From NCBI GenBank assembly GCA_963514005.1, contig OY740786.1, positions 23,870,001-23,934,000 of the forward strand: a stretch of 64,000 bases of DNA, written 5' to 3'. The notes under the pieces were generated by a model that worked only from the letters and a program-made list of their open reading frames with translations, did no database searches and had not been told where the DNA came from. Shown here piece after piece: positions 39,667 through 51,339 of this stretch; position 1 is the first letter of the stretch, and each line of letters begins with the position of its first letter. This DNA comes from Raja brachyura. Its lineage: Eukaryota. The position numbers were made by a program, and so were the translations under genes.

Positions 39667-42600
39667 ATTTTGGTCATTCATTCAATGTATGGGTAAGGCA
39701 CTGTTTAAACTTCTTGTGAAATATGTAACTGTTTTTTAGTTTGGTAATCAATTCACTTCCAGGTTTCAGAATCAGTGCGATTGATGGGTATCCGGGAAAT
39801 CAACTCAAATAACACTCTAATATCTGAACTACACTAACTGTTTCACGTTATTTGAAATGTAATTGGCTGAAGCACATTATACATTTAATGTTACTGCAAA
39901 CGACAACCTGTCTAAAAGTTATACACAGGAACATTATGCAAAAAAAATCAGGTTTTGCCCGGAAGAGCCGAGGTATGTTACTGACTGGAAACATCCTGCT
40001 TATTGAGCCAAAGTCCAACACAATGGCAATGACTAAAAGAAAATAAATCGGCCATGGACAGACACCAGGTATAAAACGGATCACAAAATAGCTTCTTATT
40101 CGTTTCTATGTTAAAAGGGAAGGTAGTTTCAGCAACTGAAGCTAATTGCGATGATTTATAGATAAAACTTGACCCTGTCTTTAAAAGCCTTGTAAAGGAA
40201 ACAATTCCTCGTCAGCGAATGAGACCGCCTTTCCGAGGCCTGTATGATGGAAAGCGAATCGCACACTCAAGTCAGGAAATTAACACAAATATTTCACTTT
40301 GAGATCATGAAGTTTGCAGACGGCACCGTTTGGGCCAATTCACACACCATTTCCAAATATTTTCCACTGGCCACACTGGGATATTATTAAAATAAATATT
40401 TTGTTGGAACGGATTGGGAAAAAATATATTTGTTGGAAATATTTAATAATCTTTTAACACGTCTTTTAATATATCACCTGTGAGACAGGGAAGGGGAGGC
40501 AGGCAGGCGGGTTGGAAAATGGGCACTGTTCGGTCCTGGAGTATAAGGACTGCTTATTAAAGACAGAAGATCCACGTGGTGCTGGAACTGGGCTGGGTTT
40601 AATAAGGATGTTAAATCACTCTGCATTTCTCCCCAACTAACACTGGCATCAGCAGTGAGCAGTCGCTCCGGCTTACATTTAAAGGTGATGGAGACGGAAT
40701 AATTATGCAATGTCTCAGAAAGATGGCGGACTAAACTGTCAACATGTAGAGTGCTTCCTCAATTCTGCACAGAATTCTCTTCAGATGTCTTGACAATTTT
40801 CATGAGCATTCAATCAGATTGTGTAAATGGGGTTGCAACAGAGTAGGAGATTGCCCACAAAGTATTAAGTATGTGACAGGCAGCACCTATCTAGGGTGCA
40901 GATTCAGTTTATTTCTGCTCTACGCGGGGTAGTGGATTAAATCTGGGCTCGAATCTCTTAATGTACAAAAGAAGAGGCTCGTAAAACAACTCATAGGAAG
41001 AGAGAGAGATACGTCGGGTTTCCCTGACACTCGTTACTATAAGACAATAAGCGACGCAAAACTTCATGAAACTCGATTTCCTGTCTCCACTCATCACCAC
41101 TCTGATTAGATTTTTTATTTCGCAATTGTTTTCTAAAACTTCTTTCGAAATAGTCACCCTTTGTCACTTCAAAAACGGTGTACATTAATTAACGCGAACT
41201 AAGGAAACATTAGCTAAACTTTCAGTCTAGTTTTGGGATTATTCTAAATCCTGGCGTTTGTTTGACAGTGGAATCTTACAGGGGATTCCTGTCGTTGATG
41301 ATGCTGTATACTTGGACTCTATTCTTCTTGCTGGTTCAAGTGTAGAGCTTTTCATCGAGAAACACTTCTTGCTAATGGACACACATTCACAGTCTAGGCT
41401 GTGTGCCAAAATCCTCCAAGCACCCTACCTGGCGAACTGCTTAAATTTCTTGAATAGGTGGAGAGAGGGAATCAGAAAGTAAGCCAGACATCGAGATGTT
41501 TTGGGAAACAGTTAAGTCGTTCTTAGGACCAAAATGTAATTTAAATGGACGAGAATTCTCCCTCAGAAGTTGCACAGTTAGAGGAATCTGTAAGTACGCA
41601 TACCTCCACGTTTTTGTTTGTGAGCATATTCAGAGCCTGCTAATATACTCAGAACCAAATCAGGCAAGGGCTTTGTCACAGATGGCGGAGTTGCTGAAAG
41701 TGCAGTGTCTCCTGCTTTATGTGCCTGTCTTAGAGAAGTTTTAACTACAAGCGAAAAGAGAACCGGTGTCCTTTTGAATTAGGGCCCGGTTGAGTTGGGG
41801 TAAGTTCTAAGAGCGATTCATTTTTCTCCCAGAAGTCAGATTCGGGCAACTGTGACTTCACCCATTAGCCCCGATGTCTTTTCGGGGAGTTAAACATCCG
41901 ACAATGTGCGCTCCGGGGCGCCTCTTTCCTGACCTCTACCCGTTTTTAATAGTTTCATAGGAACTTCATTAAATCAATTACTTAGTGGGCACATCATAAT
42001 TTATTTGTAATTAGCACTCAAGAGCTTGTTTTTTTGCAAAAGACCTCGAAAGGCTGCCCAGCGGGGTGTGGTGCGTACGGCGAGGAATTTTTGTTTTCTA
42101 TTCACTCCCGGTATTATTCGAGCGAAACAATAAGTGTAATCTCACATCTTAATCTAGCACCGAGTCAGGAGAAAACAAACAATTGAGTGTGACAATATTT
42201 GTCTTCATTTAGAGGTTCTTTGTCGCGACGCATTTGCACAGATATCCAATGTACTATAGGTTGTGTACTGCGAACGGCCAGCGGCTCAGAGCGAAAGGCA
42301 GCGCGTGTCCGTATGTGGATGCGAGGGGTGACCGGGGCAGAAGAGGAAAGTGAGATTTTGTTAATGTAGGACTGTCACTGTTGGAATGGGTGTGCGTGCG
42401 TGTGTGTGTTGTGGGGGGGGGGGGGGGGGGGGGGTGTACAGCGATAACACGTGAAGAAATATACCTCGACGCTTAAGAGAGGTTGGTTGTGCAGGTGAGA
42501 TAGGAAAGATATCCAAGTGAAAAACACGAGTATTAACGCAATCAAAAGTAACGCAAACCGACCCAAGGCTGGTTTTATTCAATTTGACCTCCTATCAAAT

Positions 42601-43434
42601 TAACATATAAAGGAAACAAAACCTCTGCTGCGCACCAGTCTCACCAACTTCCCGCCCAGACAGGTGGGTTAACATTTCACCCAGAGAAAATGAACCATGG
42701 GTTCACTGAGATTCATTATATGCCACCCCACCTCCCACCTTCCCGGCGAGTGAGCTCCGTGGTCCTAGTGATGGATTAATTCGTGTTGGTGGTGGCGGTG
42801 CGTTATTGAGGATTTAGAAATGTTACTCTCAATCATCCGTTTAAAGTGGCACTCCATCTGGGGGTGAAGTCAGATTGTAATACGTGTCCATGAATAGTGG
42901 CTCCAACCGAGGCTGGTCAGCGCCTACAAACTCTGCTCAACAAAAGGCCCACATCCTCAAGGATGGAGCATTGGTGGGGCGAATTAGACAGGTGTGGAAT
43001 ATTGAACAGAGGCTAAAAGAGAGGGAGAAGTATACGTGGAGATGTAATAGGATGGAGTGGGAATAGAGAGAGGCACAGTTACTCCAGTTAAATGAATCGT
43101 GTAAGGTGACACGGAGCCCTCTTGGGTAAGGATCAATGCAAATTCCAATGTCAGATGTAACAAGTGGGAGAGAGGATCAAATTACAACTGGTCTCATAGT
43201 CCTTGACTCTGAAGAGTGGAGGTGCACTAGCACAGTAGAATTGTAGAATCGTACAGTACAGAAATGGACGACTTATTGACCATGATGCATATGAAAGCTA
43301 TTTTCATATAAGCACACTAACCCCCCTAAATAATTGCTGTCGATGTACCTGGTCAAACGTGTACTGAAACAGTGAAATTGTTTCTGCCTCGACAACCTCG
43401 TCTGGCATCTCATGCCAGATGACCTCCATTTCTC

Positions 43435-43530
43435 CTGATGAAGGGTCCCAACCCGAAACGTCACCTATCTATATTCTTCAAAGATGTTGCTTGACCCGCT
43501 GACTTACTCCAGCATTTTGTGTCCTTTTTT
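43435..43530 (+). mobile_element. Hammerhead-bearing short repeat copy (core 43435-43462) inside a CR1 fragment
   Basis: CTGATGA-A-GGGT CCCA ACCC-GAAA-CG-TC then ACCTATC...GACCCGCTGACTTACTCCAGCATTTTGTGTC. Confidence 0.78.
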
Positions 43531-44189
43531 TAAACCACATTGTGTGATAAATTTCTTTAGCCATCTTGAGTGAGAAATTTACCCTCGGATTTTCTGTATT
43601 TCACCCGTCTCAACTGAAACTTCGGCCCTTTAGTTGCAGGATCCTCTGCCTTGGGAAAAATATTCTGACAATCTATCCTATATATGCCTCTCATAATATT
43701 ATACACCTCCCTACATTCTGTACATTCTAGTCCAAGCCAGAAACATGGGGTGGTAAAACATACCATGGCGTCAGGGGAATATAAATGCAATTAATTCAAT
43801 AGTTCCGAAGTCTGGTAAAAGGTATTGTGACCAAAACGCGTTGGATGGTGTAAAACACAAGGGAAGCATTGATTTCCTTTATCTCCATATCTACTATGGA
43901 CATCGTAAATGTGACACCATTCACAAACGCGAAATAACCAAGCGGACATTTCAGTTCAATGGACACTTGGATGGCTAAAAGTACCAAAATGTTCAATCTC
44001 CTTGAATGAATATATTTTTACGTTTCTTGAAGGGTCCAACCATTGATCTCTATTAGAAATAACTATCTGTCACGATTAGCTGACGCTACATTTGATGAGA
44101 TGTGATGCTATCCATTGTTTAGGAAGATTGAAACTCAGGTTTTGCAATTGCGGTCCTTTGGAAAGCCGTCAATATATTCATAAGTTCGT

Positions 44190-44530
44190 AGGTCATAGAA
44201 AAAGGCCATTCGGCCCATCGATTCTACTCTCCCATTCAATCATAGCTCACCTATCTTTCCCTCTCAAGCCCATTCTCATGCCTTCTCCCCATAACCTTTG
44301 ATATTCTTATTAATCAAGTATCCGTCAATCCCCGCCTTAGAAATACGCGACGACTTGGCCTCTACAGCCGTCTGTGGCAATTAATCCCACAGATTCATCA
44401 CCCTCTGCCTAAAGAAATGCCTCCTCGTCTCCTTTTTAAAGGTACGTCCTTTTATTCTGAAGCAATGCCCTCTGTCCCTAGACTCTCCCACCAGTGGAAA
44501 CATCCTCTCCACATCCACTCTATCCAGGCT
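44190..44530 (-). mobile_element. CR1 LINE 3' fragment
   Basis: AGGCCATTCGGCCCATCG...CCACAGATTCATCACCCTCTG...AACATCCTCTCCACATCCACTCTATCCAGG is the reverse of a CR1 3' end. Confidence 0.75.
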
Positions 44531-46115
44531 TCAGGGTAGGGTAATATTTATATCTCACCCCCACCCCACTGATCCTGAGCAAATATAATGGCAAGACCAG
44601 TAAGGTAGCCATGTACTTTACTACCTCCACCTCTTCTCTACCCACTGATAAATATACCTTTATGAAGTGGGCATGATTATTATGCAAACGAGGAAGAGCA
44701 GCTGAATAAGGCAATAAATGCAACAAAAAGTGCTGCCATTCCAAATGAAACAAATCAATTCTTCAGGTCAATGGTCAACCTTTTCTCCCAAATAGCTGCA
44801 AACTGGTATCAAACTAATGTTCTGATGCAGATGGTCCAGGTAGAACGCTTGGAAGTGTTACCAATGCATGTGTACTTGAATCCTATATGTGATATTGTAA
44901 TCCTAAAGAAATACATGGAATCAGCTCCAGGTCTGACTGGTGATGGGAAGTCCGTGGCAATGCCATATATGTAACTGTATCTAGCTCTTCTCATGCTTTG
45001 TGTTTTTTTTAAATCGCTGGCCTGTTACATTTAGTGATAGCTGCAGCAGAGCGAGTACGATTCACATATCCTCCTCCTAGTTTTACTCAGAGGCTTGTTC
45101 TTTAACAGTGCCACTGAAAGTATAGAAAGGAAGTGCAGATGCTGGTATATACCGAACACTGCGGGAGGACTTCGCTGTTTCTTTACATGCAACGCCAAAA
45201 CAAGATGCTGTTGCTCTTAAAATTACTAAAAACAGATTATCTGGTGATCATCACAGAGGACCTGCTGAGTTGCTCCAGCAGTTTCTGTCTATCTTTAACA
45301 TGAAACGTCGTCACGACTTAACCCTTTCCGTCGCTGGGAAAAAGTGGGAGATTGACTTCATCCCCGCAGCACTCAAATAGCACCAGCAGTGTTAAACCAG
45401 ACGATCATCAAACCCAGTTAAATCGAAGGATTAAGGCCTCCGGTTAACCGGCACCAATTCTCATTAAAGCAGTTTTCATGGCAAATGTCACAATAATAGA
45501 AACTACCATAAATCAAACGTCAACAAACTATATTTGCCCTGATGAGACATACAGTCCCCGTCACTTGAAATATTCACATTCAAATTGCCAGTTGGTACTA
45601 CTGGTAAAGACATGACAACCATTATCTATTTGCATTAATGTCAATTAAAGGACTCAATTTAACTCCTGCGGAAACAGCTGTGTTTATGCACTAGTTCACA
45701 CCTCGTTAAGGTGCGCCGAGTGTAATAAAAGACCCTTGATGAGGCAGATTTCCCCCTCCTTTTAAGCTTCAGTCTCTTCTGAAATTGTCCGGATATGTGT
45801 TTGCATCACGCAATTTCACTGTGTGCAATATTGAGATCTTCAGATAAAGTGACAAAGTGGTGTCTGAATGGTGGAATCGCATTGCAACTAACTCCGTGTA
45901 TTCGTGCAAAACTAGAGCTGCTCAATTATCAGAACCGGAAAACAACAATATACCAAACACCAATCAACAATCGCTGTTTTTGACGGCTTCGAGACAGTGC
46001 GAGGATATAATCTTCGTAAATCATTTTACTTCAAATAAATGGGCAAGGAAATCATATTTTACTCCATTTTACTAAAGGCAGACCAAGAAATCGCGTGTGG
46101 CTGACAAACAACAAT

Positions 46116-46603
46116 CCAGACTGATTCCTGGGATGTCAGGACTGTCTTATGAAGAAAGACTCGATAGACTCGGTTTATACTCTCTAGAATTTAGGAGATT
46201 GAGAGGGGATCTTATAGAAACGTACACAATTCTTAAGGGGTTGGACAGGCTAGATGCAGGAAGATTGTTCCCGATGTTGGGGAGGTCCAGGACAAGGGGG
46301 TCACAGCTTAAGGATAAGGGGGAAATCCTTTAGGACCGAGATGGGAAGGACTTTTTTTCACACAGAGAGTGGTGAGTCTCTGGAACTCTCTGCCACAGAG
46401 GGTAGTTGAGGCCAGTTCATTGGCTATATTTAAGAGGGAGTTAGATGTGGCCCTTGTGGCTAAGGGGATCAGAGGGTATGGAGAGAAGGCAGGTACGGGA
46501 TACTGAGTTGGATGATCAGCCATGATCATATTGAATGGCAGTGCATGCTCAAAGGGCCGAATGGCCTACTCCTGCACCTAATTTCTATGTTTCTATGTTT
46601 CTA
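46116..46603 (+). mobile_element. Young CR1 (HER1-like) LINE 3' fragment
   Basis: RLIPGMSGLSYEERLDRLGLYSLEFRRLRGDLIETY; (TTTCTATG)n tail; highly similar to the copy at 53226-53845. Confidence 0.9.
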
Positions 46604-46633
46604 AACATGTTTGCTCTGAAAGAGTAGAAACGG

Positions 46634-46742
46634 GGAACTGCAGATGCTAGTTTACACACCAGGTCCCGGCCTGAAACGGCACCTATCCATGTTCTCCAGA
46701 GATGCTATCTGGTCTGCTGAGTTACTCCATCACATTGTGTTC
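46634..46742. mobile_element. Rearranged copy of the same family
   Basis: GGAACTGCAGATGCT joined to CCTGAAACGGCACCTATCCATGTTCTCCAGAGATGCT...GCTGAGTTACTCC. Confidence 0.65.
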
Positions 46743-47540
46743 CCCTCTAAAATAGCGTTTGGAGATGAGAGGAGAGTTGAAGGGAGAGGAGCAAGGAACT
46801 GTGGAAATGCTTATGTTAAAACGAGAAGTTGTAACTACACAGCGACAGCCTTACTTGCCCTTCTCTGCCCATCCAGTTGCTATCTCTTTAAGGATGCCTG
46901 TCTTGTTAAAGCTGTACTGTTGTTCTCGTGAAGCGGGGAGTCTCACCCAGCGCGATTATTTCTCGGCATGAAGTATCTCGACAGAACTAATTTACAGGGA
47001 ATGAAAGACAATTTCGATAGAATACGTTTGCGTGAAATTATCCAGAATTGCATAGGAACTACAGGACTGAAACATTGTATTTCCCATTGACTGATCCAAG
47101 TAGCTCTCTTCCAATTCTATCAGCGTTGACTATTTTGGCTCATTCCCATCTGAACAAGATGGGGTCAACGTGGTCCAGAAACCAATCAGCACAAGTGGTG
47201 GAGCATCTGTGCTGTTGGATGTAGTGGTGCTCATGATATGCTCTGATACAATGCACAGGATATTCCAGAAGTAGCAGCAATATATTTGCTGGTAGCAGCT
47301 TAACACTAATGTGGTGACCTCAATCTGACTCTCTATATATGGTCAAATGTCAATGCCTCATTCACTCTCCACAATGCTATTGCAACAAAGAGTGTCAAAT
47401 AGATCCACCAAGGACTCGGCAATAGCCCTCAAATGCCACATCAAGTCATGCAAGCTTGTTTTGAACCGGCACTTAAGCTTCAACAATGCAACTTCAACCT
47501 TGTGGATGCTGGAAAGCTGGATGGAGATGTCCTCAGATCA

Positions 47541-47630
47541 AACATAGATACAAAATGCTGGAATAACTGGTCGGGCAGCATCTCTGGAGAAAAGGAATGG
47601 TTGACCTTTCAGGTCGAGACCCTTCTTCAG
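47541..47630 (-). mobile_element. Hammerhead-bearing short repeat copy (core 47603-47630)
   Basis: Minus strand CTGAAGAAGGGTCTCGACCTGAAAGGTC plus the family body. Confidence 0.72.
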
Positions 47631-47740
47631 GCAAATCAAGATGTCTTCAGGTAAACATCTCTTGTAGGAACCAAAGGGGAATGTCTTTGGTTCTGGTCCA
47701 GCATTTGGAAATATTTGGTGCGCCAATGGAACATTAAGAG

Positions 47741-50234
47741 TTAAAGAAGGAACTGCAGATGCTGGAGAATCGAGGGTACACAAAAGGCTGGAGAAACTCA
47801 GCGGGTGCAGCATCATCTAAGGAGCGAAGGAGATAGGCGACGTTTCGGGTCGAGACCCTTCTTCAGACTGGTTAGGGATCAGGGAAACGAGAGATATAGA
47901 TGGTGATGTGGAGAGATAAAGAACAATGAATGAAAGATATGCAAAAAAGTATCGATGATAAAGGAAACAGGCCATTGTAAGCTGTTTGCAGTGTGAAAAT
48001 GAGAAGCTAGTGCGACTTGGGTGGGGGAGAGATAGAGAGAGAAGGAATGCCAGGGCCCGAGGGCTGAGGGAGAGGTGGGAAGAGGAGGAGGCAGCCTGGG
48101 TTAACAGAATTGAGAAAATTCAATGTTTAAGCCCAGAGGATGCAGACTCCCCAAGCGGAATATGAGGTGCAGTTCCTCCAACATGCGGTGTTGCTCACTC
48201 TGGCCATGGAGGAGGCCCAGGACCGAGAGGTCGGATACGGAAAAGGAGGGGGAGTTGAAGTGCTGAGCTACCGGGAGGTCGGGTTGGTTATTGCGGACCG
48301 GACGGAGGTGTTCAGCGAAACGATAGCCAAGCCTCCGCTTGGTCTCACCGATATAGATCAGCTGGTATCTGGAGCAACGGATGCAGTAGATGAGTTTGGA
48401 GGAGGTGCAGGTGAACCTCTGTCAGACCTGGAAGGACTGCTTGGGTCACGGAAAGGAGTGGAGGGGGGAGGTGAAGGGACAAGTGTAGCATCTCTTGTGG
48501 TGTCCGGGGAAGGGGTGGAGCGGGAGGGAAGGGAAGAATTGACAAGGGAGTTGCGGAGGGAGCAGTCTTTGCGGAAGGCAGACAGGGGGGAGATGGGAAG
48601 ATGTGGCGAGTGGAGGGGTCACATTGGAGGTGGCGAAACTGGCAGAGGACTATGTGTTGTATGTGCCGACTGGTGGGGTGAAAGGTGAGGACCAGGGGGA
48701 CTCTGCCCTTGTTGTGAGTGGGGGAATGGGGAGAGAGGGCAGTGTTGTGGGGTATGGAGGAGACCCTGGTGCGAGCCTCATCTATAGTGGGGGAGGGGAA
48801 TCCCCGTTCTCGCAAGAATGAGGACATTTGTGATGACCTGGTGTGGAACACCTCATCCTGGGAGCAGATGCGGCGTAGACGGAGGAATTGGGAATAGGGG
48901 ATGGAGTCCTTACAGGAGGCACGGTCGGAGGAAGAGTAGTCCAGGTAGCTGTGGGAGTCAGTTGGTTTGTAGTGGATGTCGGTCAGGAGTGTATCACCTG
49001 CAATAGAGATGGTGAGGTCAAGGAATGGTAGGGAAATGTCGGAAATGGCCCAAGTGTATTTGAGTGCCGGATGGAAGTTGGTGGTGAAATGGATGAAGTC
49101 AGTCAGTTGTGTGTGGGTGCAGGAGGTGACACCAAAGCAGTCGTTGATGTAACGGAGGTAGAGGTTTGGGGATAGGCCCCTGGTACGCCGAGAACAAAGA
49201 TTGTTCAATGTGCCCGACAAAGAGGCAGGCGTAGCTGGGGCCCATGCGTGTGCCCATAGCTATGCCTTGTGTTTGGAGGAAATGGGAAGAGTCAAAAGAG
49301 AAGTTATTGAGGGTAAGGACCAACTCCGCTAGGCGGAAGAGGGTGTCAGTGGACGGGTATGGGTTGCTCCTCTGGTCAAGGAAGAACCGGAGGGCTTTGA
49401 GACCATCCTGGTGGGGGATGGAGGTGTAGAGTGACTGGACGTCCATGGTGAAGATGAGAGGATGGGGGCCTGGAGAATGGAATGCGCGGAGCCGACGGAG
49501 GGTGTCTGAGGTGTCTTGAACATGGGTGGGGAGGGATTTAACAAAGGGGGATAGGATGGAGTCGAGGTATGTGGAAATGTGTTCGGTGGGGCACGAACAG
49601 GCAGAGACAATGGGTCTGCCGGGGCAGTCGGGTTTGTGGAATTTGGGGAGAAGGTAAAATCGGGCCGTGCGGGGCTGGGAAACGATGAGGTTGGAGGCTC
49701 GGGGGGTGGGGGGGTAGGGAGCCGGAGTTGATGAAGTTGGTTATGGTGCTCGAGATGGTGGCCTGGTGCTCGTCAGTGGGGTCATGGTCCAGGGGTAAAT
49801 AGGAGGAGGTGTCCGAGAATTGGCGCTTGGCCTCCGCTCTGTAGAGATCGATGCGCCAGACTACCACGGCACCTCCCTTGTCGGCAGGTTTCATAACCCA
49901 GTCTGGGTTGTTACGGAGTGAGTCGATGGCAGTATATTCGGGGTGGGGGTGGGGGGTGGGGGGGGAGAGAGATTGGAGTGAGACAGGGGAGTGGAGAAGT
50001 CAAGGCGGCATGATGTCCCGACGGCAGTTCTGTATAAAGAGTTCTAAAGCCGGAGGGCCACGAGGGGGGGTCCACGAGGAGGGGGTTCATGGGAGACAGG
50101 AAAAGGGATCATCAGTGGGGGGCGAGGACTTATTCCCGTGGAAGAACGCTGTGAGGCGGAGGCGACGGTAGAAGAGCTCCAAGTCGTGGAGGGCACGGAA
50201 CTCATTGAGGTGGGGACGGAGGGGGACAAAGGAT
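47741..50234 (-). mobile_element. Penelope-like retroelement (RT plus GIY-YIG endonuclease), 5'-truncated and frameshifted, with 3' terminal repeat
   Basis: Minus-strand frames give SFVPLRPHLNEF, KPADKGGAVVVW, MDVQSLYTSIPH, QGIAMGTRMGPSYA, YLRYIND (degenerate YIDD), PFLDL, SIPYSQFLRLRRICS and FTCTSSKLIYCIRC...IYIGETKRRLGYRFAEH (GIY-YIG, about 48320-48420). Confidence 0.92.
47839..47866 (-). ncRNA. Minimal type I hammerhead ribozyme core in the Penelope terminal repeat
   Basis: Minus strand reads CUGAAGA-A-GGGU CUCG ACCC-GAAA-CG-UC, same sense as the Penelope ORF; matches the minimal hammerhead architecture described for Penelope-like elements. Confidence 0.75.
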
Positions 50235-50888
50235 TGTCCATTGTGTGATGATGATCAGTGTAAACTGCAGAGCATTAAATGATTTAAAGTCGCAAATATG
50301 AAGGAAGCTTTACGCTGGGACACACTGCTGCTTTATTGGTGAAACTATAATTGTTACTCTCGATGTGTAATCACTCTCTGCAGAAGTTTTGTATAATCGC
50401 CATTGTGTGTGTGGATCCGTAGGGAGGATTCTTTGGGATTTCCTACTGGGTTTAAATAAACTTCATTTATGGCACCTGGTTTCAATCCTACAGCAGGACA
50501 TCTATTTTCAATGTCTACTTGATACAACTGTATTATCATCTTCAGGATCACTTGGATCACAGCTTGGTCTTTGTTTCTCTGGTGGGATTTGTTTGGCTCC
50601 TGCAACAATCTATCTTTACTGATTACATGGGAAATATATTTATTCTTGGGGATGATTAGATTTCTCATATTCTAAATTGGACACTACTGAGCTATTTCAG
50701 TTGGTAATTTACATACAAAAGAAATATTTAAGATCGTAAAACTAAAGCAAACTTGATTGTTTCATCCAATGTGAGTGCACGCTGCAGAGAGGAAGATCAC
50801 AAGATGTTAATTAAACATTTTACTATCCAAAAACGTGACAACAAATCAGCCATTCATTTAAATCCAAACTGATTTTCCTTGCTACTGA

Positions 50889-50991
50889 AGAATAATATAT
50901 CTGAAGAAGGGTCTCGACCCGAAACGTCGCCTATTCCTTCACTCCATAGATGCTGCCTCACCCGCTGAGTTTCTCCAGTTTTTTGTCTACC
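50889..50991 (+). mobile_element. Short Penelope-terminal-repeat-derived insert with hammerhead core (50901-50928)
   Basis: CTGAAGAAGGGTCTCGACCCGAAACGTC followed by the family body; flanked by TTCCTTGCTACTGA (50875-50888) and TTCCTTACTACTGA (50992-51005). Confidence 0.82.
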
Positions 50992-51339
50992 TTCCTTACT
51001 ACTGAGCTCAATTGACATAAAGATTCATTGTTCACTCATTAGTTTCTGTCCAAAAGATATTTTATTTTCAGAGTTGTGCAGTTCGTGGAACATCAAACCC
51101 TCCCTGCTGATGTTGGCACTTTGAAAATTTAGAACACATTAGTGTTCATATGCTATTACATTCCATGATTACAGAGAAACGGCAACATAGGATTTTACAG
51201 AGCATGGCCAATTAACATTTAATAACTAATAATATAACCTAAATTCATGACCAATAAAATGAAATGGGTAGGATGTGGCAAGTTTGTATCTTCAGATGAG
51301 CACATTGCCTTTCATGAATGCTTGGAAAGGAAGAAAAAT

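Noticed and set aside
20276-39696. ORFs containing long X runs
   Set aside because: Artefacts of the N gaps.
48140-48688. 182-aa plus-strand ORF
   Set aside because: Antisense shadow of the Penelope GIY-YIG region.
47741-50234. Penelope element as an active autonomous copy
   Set aside because: 5' truncated, several frameshifts, and catalytic YIDD altered to YIND.
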